NCBI GenBank assembly: GCA_963766075.1
Contig: CAVYAN010000040.1
Coordinates: 1-49,296 of the forward strand
From: an uncultured cyanobacterium
GTDB lineage: Bacteria; Cyanobacteriota; Cyanobacteriia; Leptolyngbyales; Leptolyngbyaceae
Length of the DNA: 49,296 bases
Direction of reading: 5' to 3'
This document shows, in pieces, positions 1-10,708 of the stretch; position 1 is the first letter of the stretch; every line of letters starts with the position of its first letter. The position numbers and the translations under genes are program-made. Under the pieces are notes generated by a model, which worked only from the letters and a program-made list of their open reading frames with translations, was not told the origin of the DNA and did no database searches.

Positions 1-62
1 GAGGGCTGGGGTGCGAATGGGTTGGGCTGGTGGGGACGGTTTAGCCATAGGGGGGATGCACG

Positions 63-302
63 ATGATGATGAAAGACAGGATCAAGGCGGAGCTTGAGAA
101 CGTTCCGCCTGAGCGGTTAGAAGAGTTGTATCAAATTGTTAAATCGTTAACGCAAACTCAGCCGGTGCCATCATCGGCGACATCGCCGGACCGATCGCCG
201 GTGAGTTTTATGGCTGGGCTGCGGGCGATTAAAATTGATGCACCCGCCGATTTTGCGGCGGATATTGACCAGTATCTAAACGGAGAAAAGTCCGTTGACT
301 GA
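63..302 (+). CDS. Putative antitoxin of a VapBC-type TA pair
   Basis: 79-aa ORF whose stop overlaps the start of a PIN-domain gene; acidic C-terminal tail (LRAIKIDAPADFAADIDQYL) of the kind seen in small proteins preceding PIN toxins. Confidence 0.65.
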   Translation: MMMKDRIKAELENVPPERLEELYQIVKSLTQTQPVPSSATSPDRSPVSFMAGLRAIKIDAPADFAADIDQYLNGEKSVD

Positions 303-699
303 ACTATTCGTCGATACTTCTTTCATTATTGCCGTTAATTGTCACGATCAATATCATGCCGAAGCGGTGGCGTTGTCTGAACGTTATGAAGGGCAGTTGC
401 TGGTTACAACGGCGGCGGTATTGATTGAGGTTGGCAATGCTTTAGCGAAGAAATTTAAGGCGGAGGCGGTTGCTGTGATTGAAGATTTCTGGGCGGCAGA
501 TGAGGTGACGGTGGTTAGCCTGGATGATGATTTGTTGGGCGAAGGGTTTGACCTCTATAAACGATATACCGATAAGTCATGGGGAATGGTCGATTGCATC
601 TCGTTTGTGGTGATGAAGCAGCGGGGAATGGTGGATGCGCTAACGGCGGATCATGATTATCGGCAGGTCGGGTCTAATCCTTTGTTGGGGTCGTCGTAG
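295..699 (+). CDS. vapC: PIN-domain (VapC-family) toxin
   Basis: LFVDTS, IEV, GMVDCISF and LTADHDY motifs supply the PIN acidic tetrad; 134 aa; TTG start overlaps the upstream stop. Confidence 0.85.
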   Translation: MTELFVDTSFIIAVNCHDQYHAEAVALSERYEGQLLVTTAAVLIEVGNALAKKFKAEAVAVIEDFWAADEVTVVSLDDDLLGEGFDLYKRYTDKSWGMVDCISFVVMKQRGMVDALTADHDYRQVGSNPLLGSS

Positions 700-711
700 G
701 GAGGAAAGGCA

Positions 712-3700
712 ATGGGGTGGAGTCAAACCGGGTGGCGGGTTGGGATAATGGGGTTGGGCTGGGCTGGGGCTGATGGTCTATGCTGGGCCGGGGGCGGCGC
801 AGCTAGACCGATTGAAGATACGGCTCCTGATCGGCGATCGGCACCACTGTGGAACCCTTTGGATTTAATCCCAAATTGACCTGATCAAAAATGGTGCCCG
901 TTCGGCTAATGGGGCCAACCTATTTCACAGTTTTCAGGAATTCAATATTGGTGAGGGTAGAAGTGCCTACTTCATTGTCCCGGATACTACTGTGGCAAAT
1001 ATTTTCGCGCGGGTGACGGGGGGTAATCCTTCGCAGATTTTGGGTGGTTTAGGTACTCGGCAACAGTTAGCCGATGGGACGTTTCTGAACACTAGTTCCA
1101 ATCTGTTTTTGATGAATCCCAGTGGGATTATTTTCGGGCAAGGTGCTCAGTTAGATGTGGGTGGGTCGTTTGCGGCGACGACGGCGAATGCGATCGGGTT
1201 TGGCGATTTGGGGAGTTTTAGTGCAACAAATCCATCTGCACCGTCGGAGTTGCTAACTATTAATCCTTCAGTGTTTTTGTTTGATGCGATCACAGGTCAA
1301 AATCAGGGAATTGTGGTGCGATCTCAAACAACTGGCCTCCAAGTTCCGGATGGTAGAAGTTTGCTATTGGTTGGAGGTAATGTCAATCTCGATGGAGGAA
1401 AATTGAATGCTTTTGGTGGGCGTGTGGAGCTAGGAGGACTTGCAAAAGCTGGCAGCATAGAGTTAACGATCAGCGACAACGACTTACAATTGAGTTTTCC
1501 TGCCGAAGTTGTACTTGCAGATGTTTCACTAACTAATGCCTCCAATATCACCACACTTGGTGACATTGGAGGTGGTATCGCAATGAATGCGCAGAATATC
1601 AGTATTCTTAATAACAGCTCTTTGAATCCAGGGATTAGCCCTGGCTTAGGTGAATTTGGAGCCAAGGCTGGAGATGTCAATCTCAATGCTACAGGTACTG
1701 TAATATTGAACACCAGTCTTATCTTCGGGGCTATTGCGGGAATTGGGAATGGAAGCAATATCAACATTACTGGACAAAATGTCAATATTATTAATGCTGG
1801 TTTAGTTAGTGCTAGCCTAGGGCAAGGAGATGCTGGTAATGTTAGTATCCAAGCAAAAGATACTATTTTCTTCAAAGGTGGATTAATATTAACTAATATA
1901 TTATCTGGAACGCAAGCAGGATTTCCAGAGTTTCCAGGTATTGGTAACAGCGGTGATATTAACCTTGAAGCAAAATCTATATTGTTGTCTGACGGAGCAG
2001 CAATATCCACCTCTAGCCTAGGTTTGGGTAAATCCGGTAATATCCGAGCTATTGCTCGTGATAATTTGACCGCGAAAAATGGCTCTGCTCTTTCCACAAG
2101 TACTTCAGGACAGGGGGATGCGGGTAGTATTCTGATTCAAGCAGAGAATCAAGTCAGGTTTGAAGGCATCAAGGGTGATGTGAGAAGTGGAGTAAGCAGT
2201 CAAGTCTTCACATCACCCAATACCTTAAATTTCACGAATCCTCGTCGTGGTGGTGATATTCGAGTTGAGACTAGCATGTTGAGCATTGCTGATGGCGCTG
2301 CGATTGACTCTAGCACTTTAGGCCGAGGTGATGCTGGTAATATTTTTGTGCAAGTCAAAGAGTCGATTTCATTAGAGAATTACTCTTTCATTTCTAGTAG
2401 CGTAAGTCCTACAGGTATCGGCAATGCTGGTAGTATAATAATTGAAGCTAAACAATTAGCTGTTCGCGATGGTTCACAAATATTATCGGCTACTTTTGGT
2501 AATGGCAATGCTGGTGATTTAACAATTCAAAAAGCTGAACTTGTAGAAATTGATGGTGGTTCTGCGACAGATACTGGGTTATTTACTCAGGTTGGCGGAA
2601 AAGTTGGCAGTCCAAGCGTAGGAACTGTCGGTAACTTGACGCTAGAGACGAATCAACTAGTTTTGCGGAACGGAGGGCAAGTCAATGCCACTATTTTTGG
2701 GCGCGGAACGGGAAGTGACAATCGTTTAACGATTCGTGCTTCTGATATTCAACTAATTGGTACAACAGCTATCCCTGGGCGAACGGGTATCCAGCCAAGT
2801 GCGATTCAAACACGAATTGAGCCATTTGGAAACGGCGAAGCTTCTGATCTTATCATTGAGACAAATCGACTCAGTGTTAGAGACGGTGCCCGAATAGCAG
2901 CCGATATAGAACAAAGTGGACAAGGGCGAGCCGGAAATATATTGATCCGCGCTAGCGAGTCAGTAGAGATTACAGGATCATCGACAATTTTGCCAACTCA
3001 AGTAAGTCAACTGACAACATCGATCAACCAAGGTGCTGTGGGCAGAGCAGGTGATTTAACCGTTGAAACTAAACAGCTATTTCTTCAAGATGGTGCACTG
3101 ATTAGTGCAAGTAGTCAAGGACAAGGTAATGCTGGAAATATTTTTATCAATGTCAGCAACCGTTTAGAAGCTGATAATGGCACAATCTCTACTAGCGCTG
3201 CTCGGTCTTCAGGGGGCGATATTTTTATTAACACCAAAATGGGATTCGATAAGAGTATTGTTATTCTCCGCCAAGATAGTGATATTACGACTAATAGTCG
3301 AGGCGATGGCGGTAATATCATTATCGGAGGAGTAGCTGTAGTTGCCTTAGACGATAGTGACATTATTAGTAGATCGACCGAAGCTAAAGGTGGTAACATT
3401 ACGCTCACCAATTTCTTCAGTCAAACGCTTCCACCTGGTTCTGCTGAGAATTTTGATCAAAATGGCCAAGTCGATCTTAACGCATCAGGTCGCATCTCTT
3501 CAGGCATCATCACTCTCCCTGATCTCAGCTTTTTGCAAAACGGCCTCAACCAACTGCCCAACACCCAAATCGACACCAACGCCCTCCTCGCCAATAGCTG
3601 CATCGTCCGCACCCCCAACCGCAACAACAGCTTCTACGTCACCGGCTCCAGCAGCCTGCCCCTGCGTCCTGGCGATCCACCCGCCGTACCCTACCCCACG

Positions 3701-3867
3701 GGGGAATTGCGGGCTACGGTCGTCGGTCGTCGGAGTCAGGAGTCAGTTCAGTCCCTCGGGTACCGGGAAAACGGTGGCAAAAGGGCGACCCGATTGTCGA
3801 GCCCGATGGCGTGTATCAACTGCCCGATGGGCAACTGATCCTCAGCCGCGAATGCTCGGAAAATTAA
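712..3867 (+). CDS. TpsA1: filamentous haemagglutinin-like two-partner-secretion exoprotein (frameshifted)
   Basis: Purine-rich RBS then ATG at 712. TPS-domain motifs NLFHSFQEFNI, ARVTGG and NPSGI; many GxAGNIxI beta-helix repeats. Indels at ~780-875 and a missing G at ~3732; restoring the G gives ...PGKRWQKGDPIVEPDGVYQLPDGQLILSRECSEN* (TAA 3865-3867), collinear with TpsA2. Confidence 0.85.
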
Positions 3868-3910
3868 AAATGACACTGCATTTAAATTTAATTCTATTCC
3901 CCGTATACAC

Positions 3911-5747
3911 ATGAATTTAGCGATCGCCGTCAAACATCACAGCCAGGGTTCCCTCATCGGTTTCAGCCTCAGCCTGATAGCCCTACTGCCCCTCAGCACC
4001 CTGGCAACACAAGGCGCGATCGCCTCAGACTTCGCCCAATCCACCCCACCCTCCGGCACCACCCTGCCCCCCGACACCCCCGGCAAAGTCGAACAAACCC
4101 TGCCCCCACCCACCGAAAGCACCCCAGCGCCCACGCCACCGCCACCGCCCACATCCACCCCACCCGTCAACATCCCCTTTCCTGCACCGAGTCCGCCGCC
4201 AGACTTACTCGTGCCCGGTAGCGGCACGGTGAAAGTCAAAACCATCACCGTCCTCGACAACACCGTCCTCAAACCAGAAATCGCCGCCGCCCTCCAAGCA
4301 TTCTGCAACCGGCACCGCTGCGGGACAACCCCCAAGCCCGCCGCCAATCAGCAGAAACTGGAAGACCCCACCCTCGCCGATCTAGTCGCCCTGCGTTCCA
4401 CCATCACCCAGCTTTACGTCGATAACGGCTACGTCACCTCCGGAGCCTTCATCCTCAACAGCCAACCCATCAGCAGCGGCATCATCGAAATTCAAGTCGT
4501 CGAAGGCGAAATCGAAAACATCGACATCGAAGGCTTGCAGCACCTCCAACCGGGCTACATCCGCAGCCGCCTCGCCCGCGCCACCCAAACCCCCTTCAAC
4601 CGCCCCCGCCTCGAAGCCGCCTTGCAGCTCCTGCAAATCGATCCGCTGCTCGAACAGGTGAATGGCGAACTGGCGGTGGGCAGTGTGCCCGGTCGCAATA
4701 TCCTCAAACTGCGCTTAAAAGAAGCCCCGCCCTTCCATGCGGGCATCGTCATCAACAATAACCAATCCCCCAGCGTCGGATCGCTTCAGGGCAGCTTTTT
4801 CATCAGCCATGACAATGTGTTTGGCATTGGCAATCGCTTCACCGCCGAATATGGCCGCACTGAAGGACTCAATCTCTACAGCTTCGGCTACACAATTCCC
4901 TTCAACGCCCAGAATGGCACCTTTAGCCTGCGCTACAGCAACAACAACAGCCAAATTATCGAGCAACCCTTTGAAGACCTCGGCATTCGCAGTGATGCCC
5001 AAACCCTGTCGTTTAGCCTGCGGCAACCCTTATCGCGATCAGCTCACGGGAGCAGAATTCGCGATCGGCGTCGGCCTCGATCTGCGCCGCAGCCAAACCT
5101 TCCTGCTGGACGACATCCCCTTCTCCTTCTCCGCAGGCCCCCAGGATGGTAAATCCAAAGTCACCGCCTTGCGCTTCTTTCAGGAATGGGTGCAGCGTCG
5201 TCCCAAGCAAGTCCTCGCCGCGCGATCGCAGTTCAGCTTTGGCATTAATGCCTTCGATGCCACCGTCAACGCCGTCGATCCCGATGGCCGCTTCTTCTCT
5301 TGGCTTGGTCAATTCCAATGGGTGCAGCAACTCTCGCCCAAAGTGCTGATGATCGCCCGACTCAACGCCCAGCTCACCCCCGACTCCCTACTTTCGATCG
5401 AACGGTTCAGCATCGGCGGTAGCGATACAGTGCGGGGCTATCGGCAAAACCAAGTCGTCGCCGACAACGGCATCATCGGCTCCCTAGAGTTTCGCATTCC
5501 CCTCACCAAAAATCCCCAAACCCTCCAACTCAACCCCTTCATAGAGTTTGGCACCGGCTGGAACCAACGCGGCGATAATCCCAAGCCCCAATGGATTGCC
5601 TCCGTGGGTCTAGGGGTGCAATGGCAGATCAGTCGCGATATCACGTTGCGGATTGATTACGGCTTTCCCCTGGTGAATATCGACGGGCAAGGGGATTCGC
5701 TCCAAGATAGTGGGTTTTCCTTCTCGTTGCGCTACCAGCCGCTGTAA
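3911..5747 (+). CDS. TpsB: ShlB/FhaC/HecB-family outer-membrane transporter (one frameshift at ~5035-5055)
   Basis: Signal peptide, Pro-rich linker, POTRA motifs YVDNGYVTSGA and QVVEGEIE; barrel part with VRGY motif (SDTVRGYRQNQ) and a terminal beta-strand (FSFSLRYQPL); split between ORFs 3911-5152 and 4737-5747. Confidence 0.88.
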
Positions 5748-5799
5748 GTAGATGGGCGGCAGCAGGCGCTGACCACTGAGCTGGCAGGTCCGGGATGCT

Positions 5800-6651
5800 T
5801 CAGGCCGAAGCCGATCGCACTGCCTGCACCTCGGCGATCGCTAACCCCGTGATTTGGCTAATGGCGGCATCATCCAGACTCGGCAGCAATTTTTGGGCGA
5901 TCGCCACCTGGGTCTCACGGATGCCCTGTTCTAGTCCCTGCCGGGTGGCCCGGGCGATCGCATTGCGCTGATCCTGAATAAAAATCGCCTGATGCTCCAA
6001 CTCGTCCAACTCCTCACGGTTCAAGTTGGCTTGATTGGCCACCTCAAAGGCTTGCCGAATCGCGGGCACTGCGCCCATGGTATCCGGGATAGCCTGTAAT
6101 TGGCGGGTGTTTTGCAGAAAATAGATCCACTTATCGGTTAGGGTCGTGAGTTGGTCTAAACTCAGGATAAACTTCGGCAACTCCACAAAGACGAGTTCTA
6201 AATCGCAACTGGGATAATCAACTAAAAAGTCTTTCTCTTTCAACACAAAGCGAGAAATCACGGCCTCGAATTCGCTAAACATGGGGAAATCAGTAATCGT
6301 TAAAGCAATCACCGGATTTAACGCGGTGTATTGATCACCTTGTCCCAATTGAATTGAATAGGCTTTGGCAGCATTGTAGAGAATCCGTTTCTCAAAGCCT
6401 TCGATATTCAGCACTTGCATTTCAATAATCACCGTTTGCCCATCGGCCAGTTGGGCTTTCACGTCGAGGTAGGTGTCCTTAACGCCCCGAATGCGGGGGG
6501 CTTGGTAGGGGTTGAGGATTTCCAGATCGGCAATGATGGATTCGCCGTTGTAGAGGATGCCGTTGAGAAAGCTGATCAAAATATCATGGCTTTGCTCAGA
6601 ACCAAAGATCTTTTTGAAGGCGAAGTCGGTTTTGGGGTTGATGAAGATCAT
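5800..6651 (-). CDS. Rpn-family recombination-promoting nuclease / PD-(D/E)XK putative transposase
   Basis: FINPKTDFAFKKIFG, LDVKA, IIEMQV, VFVELPKF, DKWIYFL motifs and a C-terminal GLEQG..IAQKLL..ISQITGL tail. Confidence 0.9.
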   Translation of the reverse strand: MIFINPKTDFAFKKIFGSEQSHDILISFLNGILYNGESIIADLEILNPYQAPRIRGVKDTYLDVKAQLADGQTVIIEMQVLNIEGFEKRILYNAAKAYSIQLGQGDQYTALNPVIALTITDFPMFSEFEAVISRFVLKEKDFLVDYPSCDLELVFVELPKFILSLDQLTTLTDKWIYFLQNTRQLQAIPDTMGAVPAIRQAFEVANQANLNREELDELEHQAIFIQDQRNAIARATRQGLEQGIRETQVAIAQKLLPSLDDAAISQITGLAIAEVQAVRSASA

Positions 6652-6743
6652 GGCACACAGAGATCAGGGCACACACGGCGTGGTTTTTGTATTTTAGCGT
6701 TAGAGGAGGTTGAGGTGGCAGTGGGGCGCGAGGTGAGGCAAGA

Positions 6744-6779
6744 CAGATCCCCGGCATTTTTAGAAATGCCGGGGATCTG
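6744..6779. repeat. Short palindromic dispersed repeat, family A, copy 1
   Basis: Perfect 16-bp inverted repeat CAGATCCCCGGCATTT-ttag-AAATGCCGGGGATCTG; related copy at 14231-14263. Confidence 0.8.
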
Positions 6780-6872
6780 CGAACGTTTGCCTGTGTCAAT
6801 TAATTACACCGACCGACTTTGCCCATTCTGCTGGTACGATCGCAGCAATTCACTGGGGTAAGGAGCGATCGC

Positions 6873-9800
6873 ATGAGGATTCAAGGCGGGCGGGGGGCTG
6901 TGGTGGATTCTGGGTGGGCCGCGATCGGGTGGGGGATGGCGATCGCATTATTTCCCATGTCAGCAATGGCGCAATTACAGCCGATTCCCGATACGGCCCC
7001 GGATCGCGCCCTCGGTACGACGGTGGTGCCGTTGAATGCGCAAATTGATTTGATTCGGGATGGGACGCGATCGGCGAATGGCGTGAATCTGTTCCACAGT
7101 TTTCAGGAGTTCAATATTGGTGAAGGCCGAGGGGCTTATTTTATTGTCCCAGATGCGACTGTGGCGAATATTTTGGCGCGGGTGACGGGGGGCAATCCTT
7201 CGCAGATTTTGGGGATTTGGGCACGCGGCAGGAGTTAGCAAATGGCAATTTCCCGGCGACTCCGGCGAATTTATTTTTGCTGAATCCCAGTGGCGATTTT
7301 GTTTGGGACGAATGCGCGGTTGGATGTGGGCGGTTCGTTTGCGGCGACGACGGCGAATGCGATCGGGTTTGGCGATCGGGGCTTCTTCAGCGCGTCTGAG
7401 CCTACGGTCTCGCCGTTGCTCACCATCAATCCCTCGGTATTGGTGTTTAATCAATTGAGCCAAGGGGCGATCGTCAATCGATCAACCGTGGCTTTAGGGA
7501 CTACGCTGGGAGGCTTTGACTTATATGGTTTGCAAGTTCCCAGTGGGCAAAGTCTTGCCTTCGTGGGCGGTGAAATACGCTTGGAAGGCGGTGGCGTGAA
7601 TGCGCCTAGTGGCAGGGTGGAACTGGGAGGTTTGGCAGCACCCGGCCGCATCGGACTGGATGTTCAACGCGATGGTTTGCGGCTGCAATTTCCCCCAGAA
7701 GTTCCTCGGGCAAATGTTGCCTTGACGAATAGGTCCTTGGTCAGTGTGGCCTCAGATGGAGGTGGAACCGTCACGATCAACGCCCGTAATTTAAACATAT
7801 TGGGCAACAGTGTGATCCGAGGTGGCATTGAAACTGGGGCTACCGCCACGCGCCACGCTGGAGATATTGTTATTAATGCAACGCAGGAAGTTCGATTAGA
7901 TGGATCGAATACTGAGATTAATAACAATATTCGTGGGAGTAGTGTGGGGGCGGCTGGAGCGATCGCGATCAATACGGGTGTGCTCTCCCTGATTAATGGG
8001 GCCTATTTACGAAGCGACACGTTTGGGTTGGGAAATGCCGGAACAATTGTGATCAATACTGACACTCTTTCGCTGACCAATCAGGCAGTTCTCCGAAGCG
8101 CTATTTTTGGGCAAGGGAATTCTGGCAATATTGTAATTAATGCGCGTGATTCAGCCCTATTGGATGCCAGTTATATTCAAACAGGAACCTTTGCGGGTGG
8201 CAATGGCAATGGCTCGATTGTCCAAATTACTACAGGATCGCTAACACTTTTAAATGGTGCTCGTTTGGATACTGGAAGCAGCGGCCAAGGCAACGGCGGT
8301 ACGATTATTATCCAAGCCACTGGCGCGGTGAATCTCAGGGGTAGTGCCGAAAGCAGAAGTGCCTTTGTCACTGGAATTGGTCAAAATGGCGTGGGGACTG
8401 GCGGTGACATTATCATTATTGCTGAATCTTTAGGGCTTAAGCATAGTCAGTTGAGTGCTGGCGTGGCGGGCATCAATGAAAACGGCGCTAATTCTGGGCG
8501 CGGTAATGCTGGAAACATCACCCTGCATATTCGCGACGCGGTTTCGATTGAGGGATCTACGAGTGGCATCGTTAGCCAGCTTGGGATTGGAGCCACCGGC
8601 AAGGCAGGGCAAATTACCCTCAACGCGGGCTCGCTATCCATTCTCAAGGGCGGCGTCATTGAGGGCTCTGCCTTTGGACAAGGCGATGCCGGAAATATCC
8701 TGATTCAAGTGGCTAACGGCATCACACTAGCCAACGGCTCCGCCATTAGTAGTGGTGTGCTGACGGCACCTGGTCAGCCAACCGCAGTCGGCGATGGTGG
8801 TGAAATTCGCATTCACGCACAAAGCCTGGAATTAACCGACAGAAGTTTCATTAGCGCTCAAACCAATGGCCCAGGGGATGCAGGAAATTTGTTCATTACG
8901 GTCGATGCTTTACAACTCAACAATGCCACCATTGGGGCTAGTCCAAGTAATGGGGGCAAGGGGGGAAATATCCAAATTGATGCTCATGATGCGGTCATTC
9001 TGCAAAATAAAGCCAATATCCAAAGCGTTCTGTTCTCTGGAACTGGTCGCAGTGGTGATGTTACTATCAATACTGGTAATCTTTACTTAATTAATGCCTT
9101 AGGAGTTACTACTGCTACCGATGGCACAGGAGATGCAGGCAATATCAACTTGAACATTCGCGATTTCATGCTCGTGGACAACAGTCTCATCATTAGCGCT
9201 GTTTATACTAATGCCCAAGGTAATGGCGGCAACATTAACATTAATACAGGATCGATCGCTCTCGTTAATGCAGGACTGCTGAATGCCGCAACCTATGGAC
9301 AGGGCGACGCAGGCAATATTATCATTAATGCAAGGAACTTGATCTCACTAGCTGGTCGTCAGCCTAGCATCATTGCCGTGGAATCAGGCTTCACTGGATT
9401 AGCGGGCAACATCACAATTACTGCACCTCGCCTCATAATTGACGATCAAAGCGCTATCAACGCCAACGCCAATTCAGTCAAAGGGGGCGATATCACGTTA
9501 ACTCTGAGAGACCTTTTGCTGCTGCGGCGAGGCGGTACTATTTCCACGAATGCCGGAACCGCCCAAGCAGGAGGCAATGGCGGCAATATCAACATCAACG
9601 CCCGCTTTATCGTCGCCATTCCCCAAGAAAACAGCGATGTTTCCGCCAATGCCTTTACGGGCAGCGGGGGCAGGGTCAACCTTACGAGTCAAGGCATCTT
9701 TGGCCTGCAATTCCAGCCCCAATTGACGAGCTTCAGCGACATCACCGCCAGTTCCGAGTTTGGTTTGAGTGGCACCGTCACCCTCAACACCCCCGACACC

Positions 9801-10142
9801 TCCGGCCTGCAAAACAGCCTCAATCAATTGCCCAACACCCAAATCGACACCAACGCCCTCCTCGCCAATAGCTGCATTGTCCGCACGCCCAACCGCAACA
9901 ACAGCTTCTACGTTACTGGCTCTAGCAGCCTGCCCCTCCGCCCCGGTGATCCGCCTGCGGTGCCCTACCCGACGGGGGAATTGCGCGCCACAGTGGTGAG
10001 TGGCCAGGGGGCAGGGGTTAGTTCAACCCCTCGCTTACCAGGAAAACGGTGGCAAAAAGGCGATCCCATTGTCGAACCGGACGGAGTGTACCAACTCCCC
10101 GATGGCCAATTGATCCTCAGTCGCGAATGCTCAGATGATTAG
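6873..10142 (+). CDS. TpsA2: filamentous haemagglutinin-like exoprotein (indels at ~7215 and ~7294)
   Basis: Signal peptide ending AMA-QLQPIPD; NLFHSFQEFNI, ARVTGG and NPSG motifs; beta-helix repeats; intact C-terminus ...LILSRECSDD. Confidence 0.88.
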
Positions 10143-10145
10143 AAA

Positions 10146-10330
10146 CGTCCGTTGCACCCACCCCTAGACCCTCCCAGAAGGAGAATGCTCAAAAATATCC
10201 CCTCCTAGGAGGGGTGCCCACAGGGCGGGGTGGGTCAAACTCCGCAACCGCAGGTTGGTTTTGTTATGGCACCCGTTGCACTTGAAAAGTGCCCGCAGGG
10301 TGGGGTGAGTCAAACTCGGCAACCATAGAG
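10146..10330. repeat. Dispersed double-hairpin repeat, family B (one full and one partial copy)
   Basis: 10146-10250 closely matches the reverse complement of 32363-32467 (CCCCTCCYAGGAGGGGTGCCC.CAGGGCGGGGTGGGTCAAACTC); partial second copy at ~10272-10330. Confidence 0.8.
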
Positions 10331-10383
10331 AGGCGATCGCGATCGCTGAGTAGTTACGATCTGGCATTGGTAACCTATCGTGG

Positions 10384-10436
10384 GCTACGACTATGCTCAG
10401 CCCACCGGGATAATGAGGGTTGAGCGTAGTCGTAGC
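10384..10436. repeat. Hairpin repeat related to the internal stem of the MITEs at 15793 and 47049
   Basis: GCTACGACTATGCTCAGCCC...GGGTTGAGCGTAGTCGTAGC, a 20-bp stem with two G-T pairs; resembles CTTCGACTCCGCTCAG...CTGAGCGAAGTCGAAG. Confidence 0.65.
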
Positions 10437-10524
10437 TTGCTTCCCGCAGGGTAACCCGGTGCATAAATAACCATTGCCGGGTTAATAGGATGCCGGATTT
10501 TGGCTGAGGGTGGCCTGTAGTACT

Positions 10525-10638
10525 TGGCACCTTTCGTTCCTCCTCGTAGGTTCGCAACTCCGTCCAAAATTCTTGGGTTAACCCCTCTGGTAATATCATA
10601 AGCCAATCGATGAATTTGAACAGGTTGAGGATGCGGCG
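10525..10638 (-). pseudogene. Relic of an Rpn/YadD-like (DUF4351-associated) gene
   Basis: Minus strand translates to RRILNLFKFIDWLMILPEGLTQEFWTELRTYEEERKVP, matching from memory the conserved FIDW..LP..L...FW.EL..YEEER.MP segment of that cyanobacterial family; no full gene around it. Confidence 0.7.
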
Positions 10639-10708
10639 GCGATGGCACTGCGAGATTTGTCCGGTTGGGCGGATTGGGCACAGTGGTACACCAACGGATG
10701 GCAGCGAT

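Noticed and set aside
1..45. G-rich stretch resembling the tpsA1 signal-peptide region (~745-780), suggesting a duplication flanking the TA pair
   Set aside because: Low-complexity similarity only, and truncated by the window edge.
3533..3860. Near-duplicate of 9808-10135 as a diversity-generating retroelement template/variable repeat pair
   Set aside because: Differences are mainly synonymous third-position changes, not adenine-specific; no reverse transcriptase in the window; these are paralogous coding ends.
10375..10599. 74-aa minus-strand ORF as a real small protein
   Set aside because: Chimeric read-through from the Rpn-like relic into hairpin repeat DNA.
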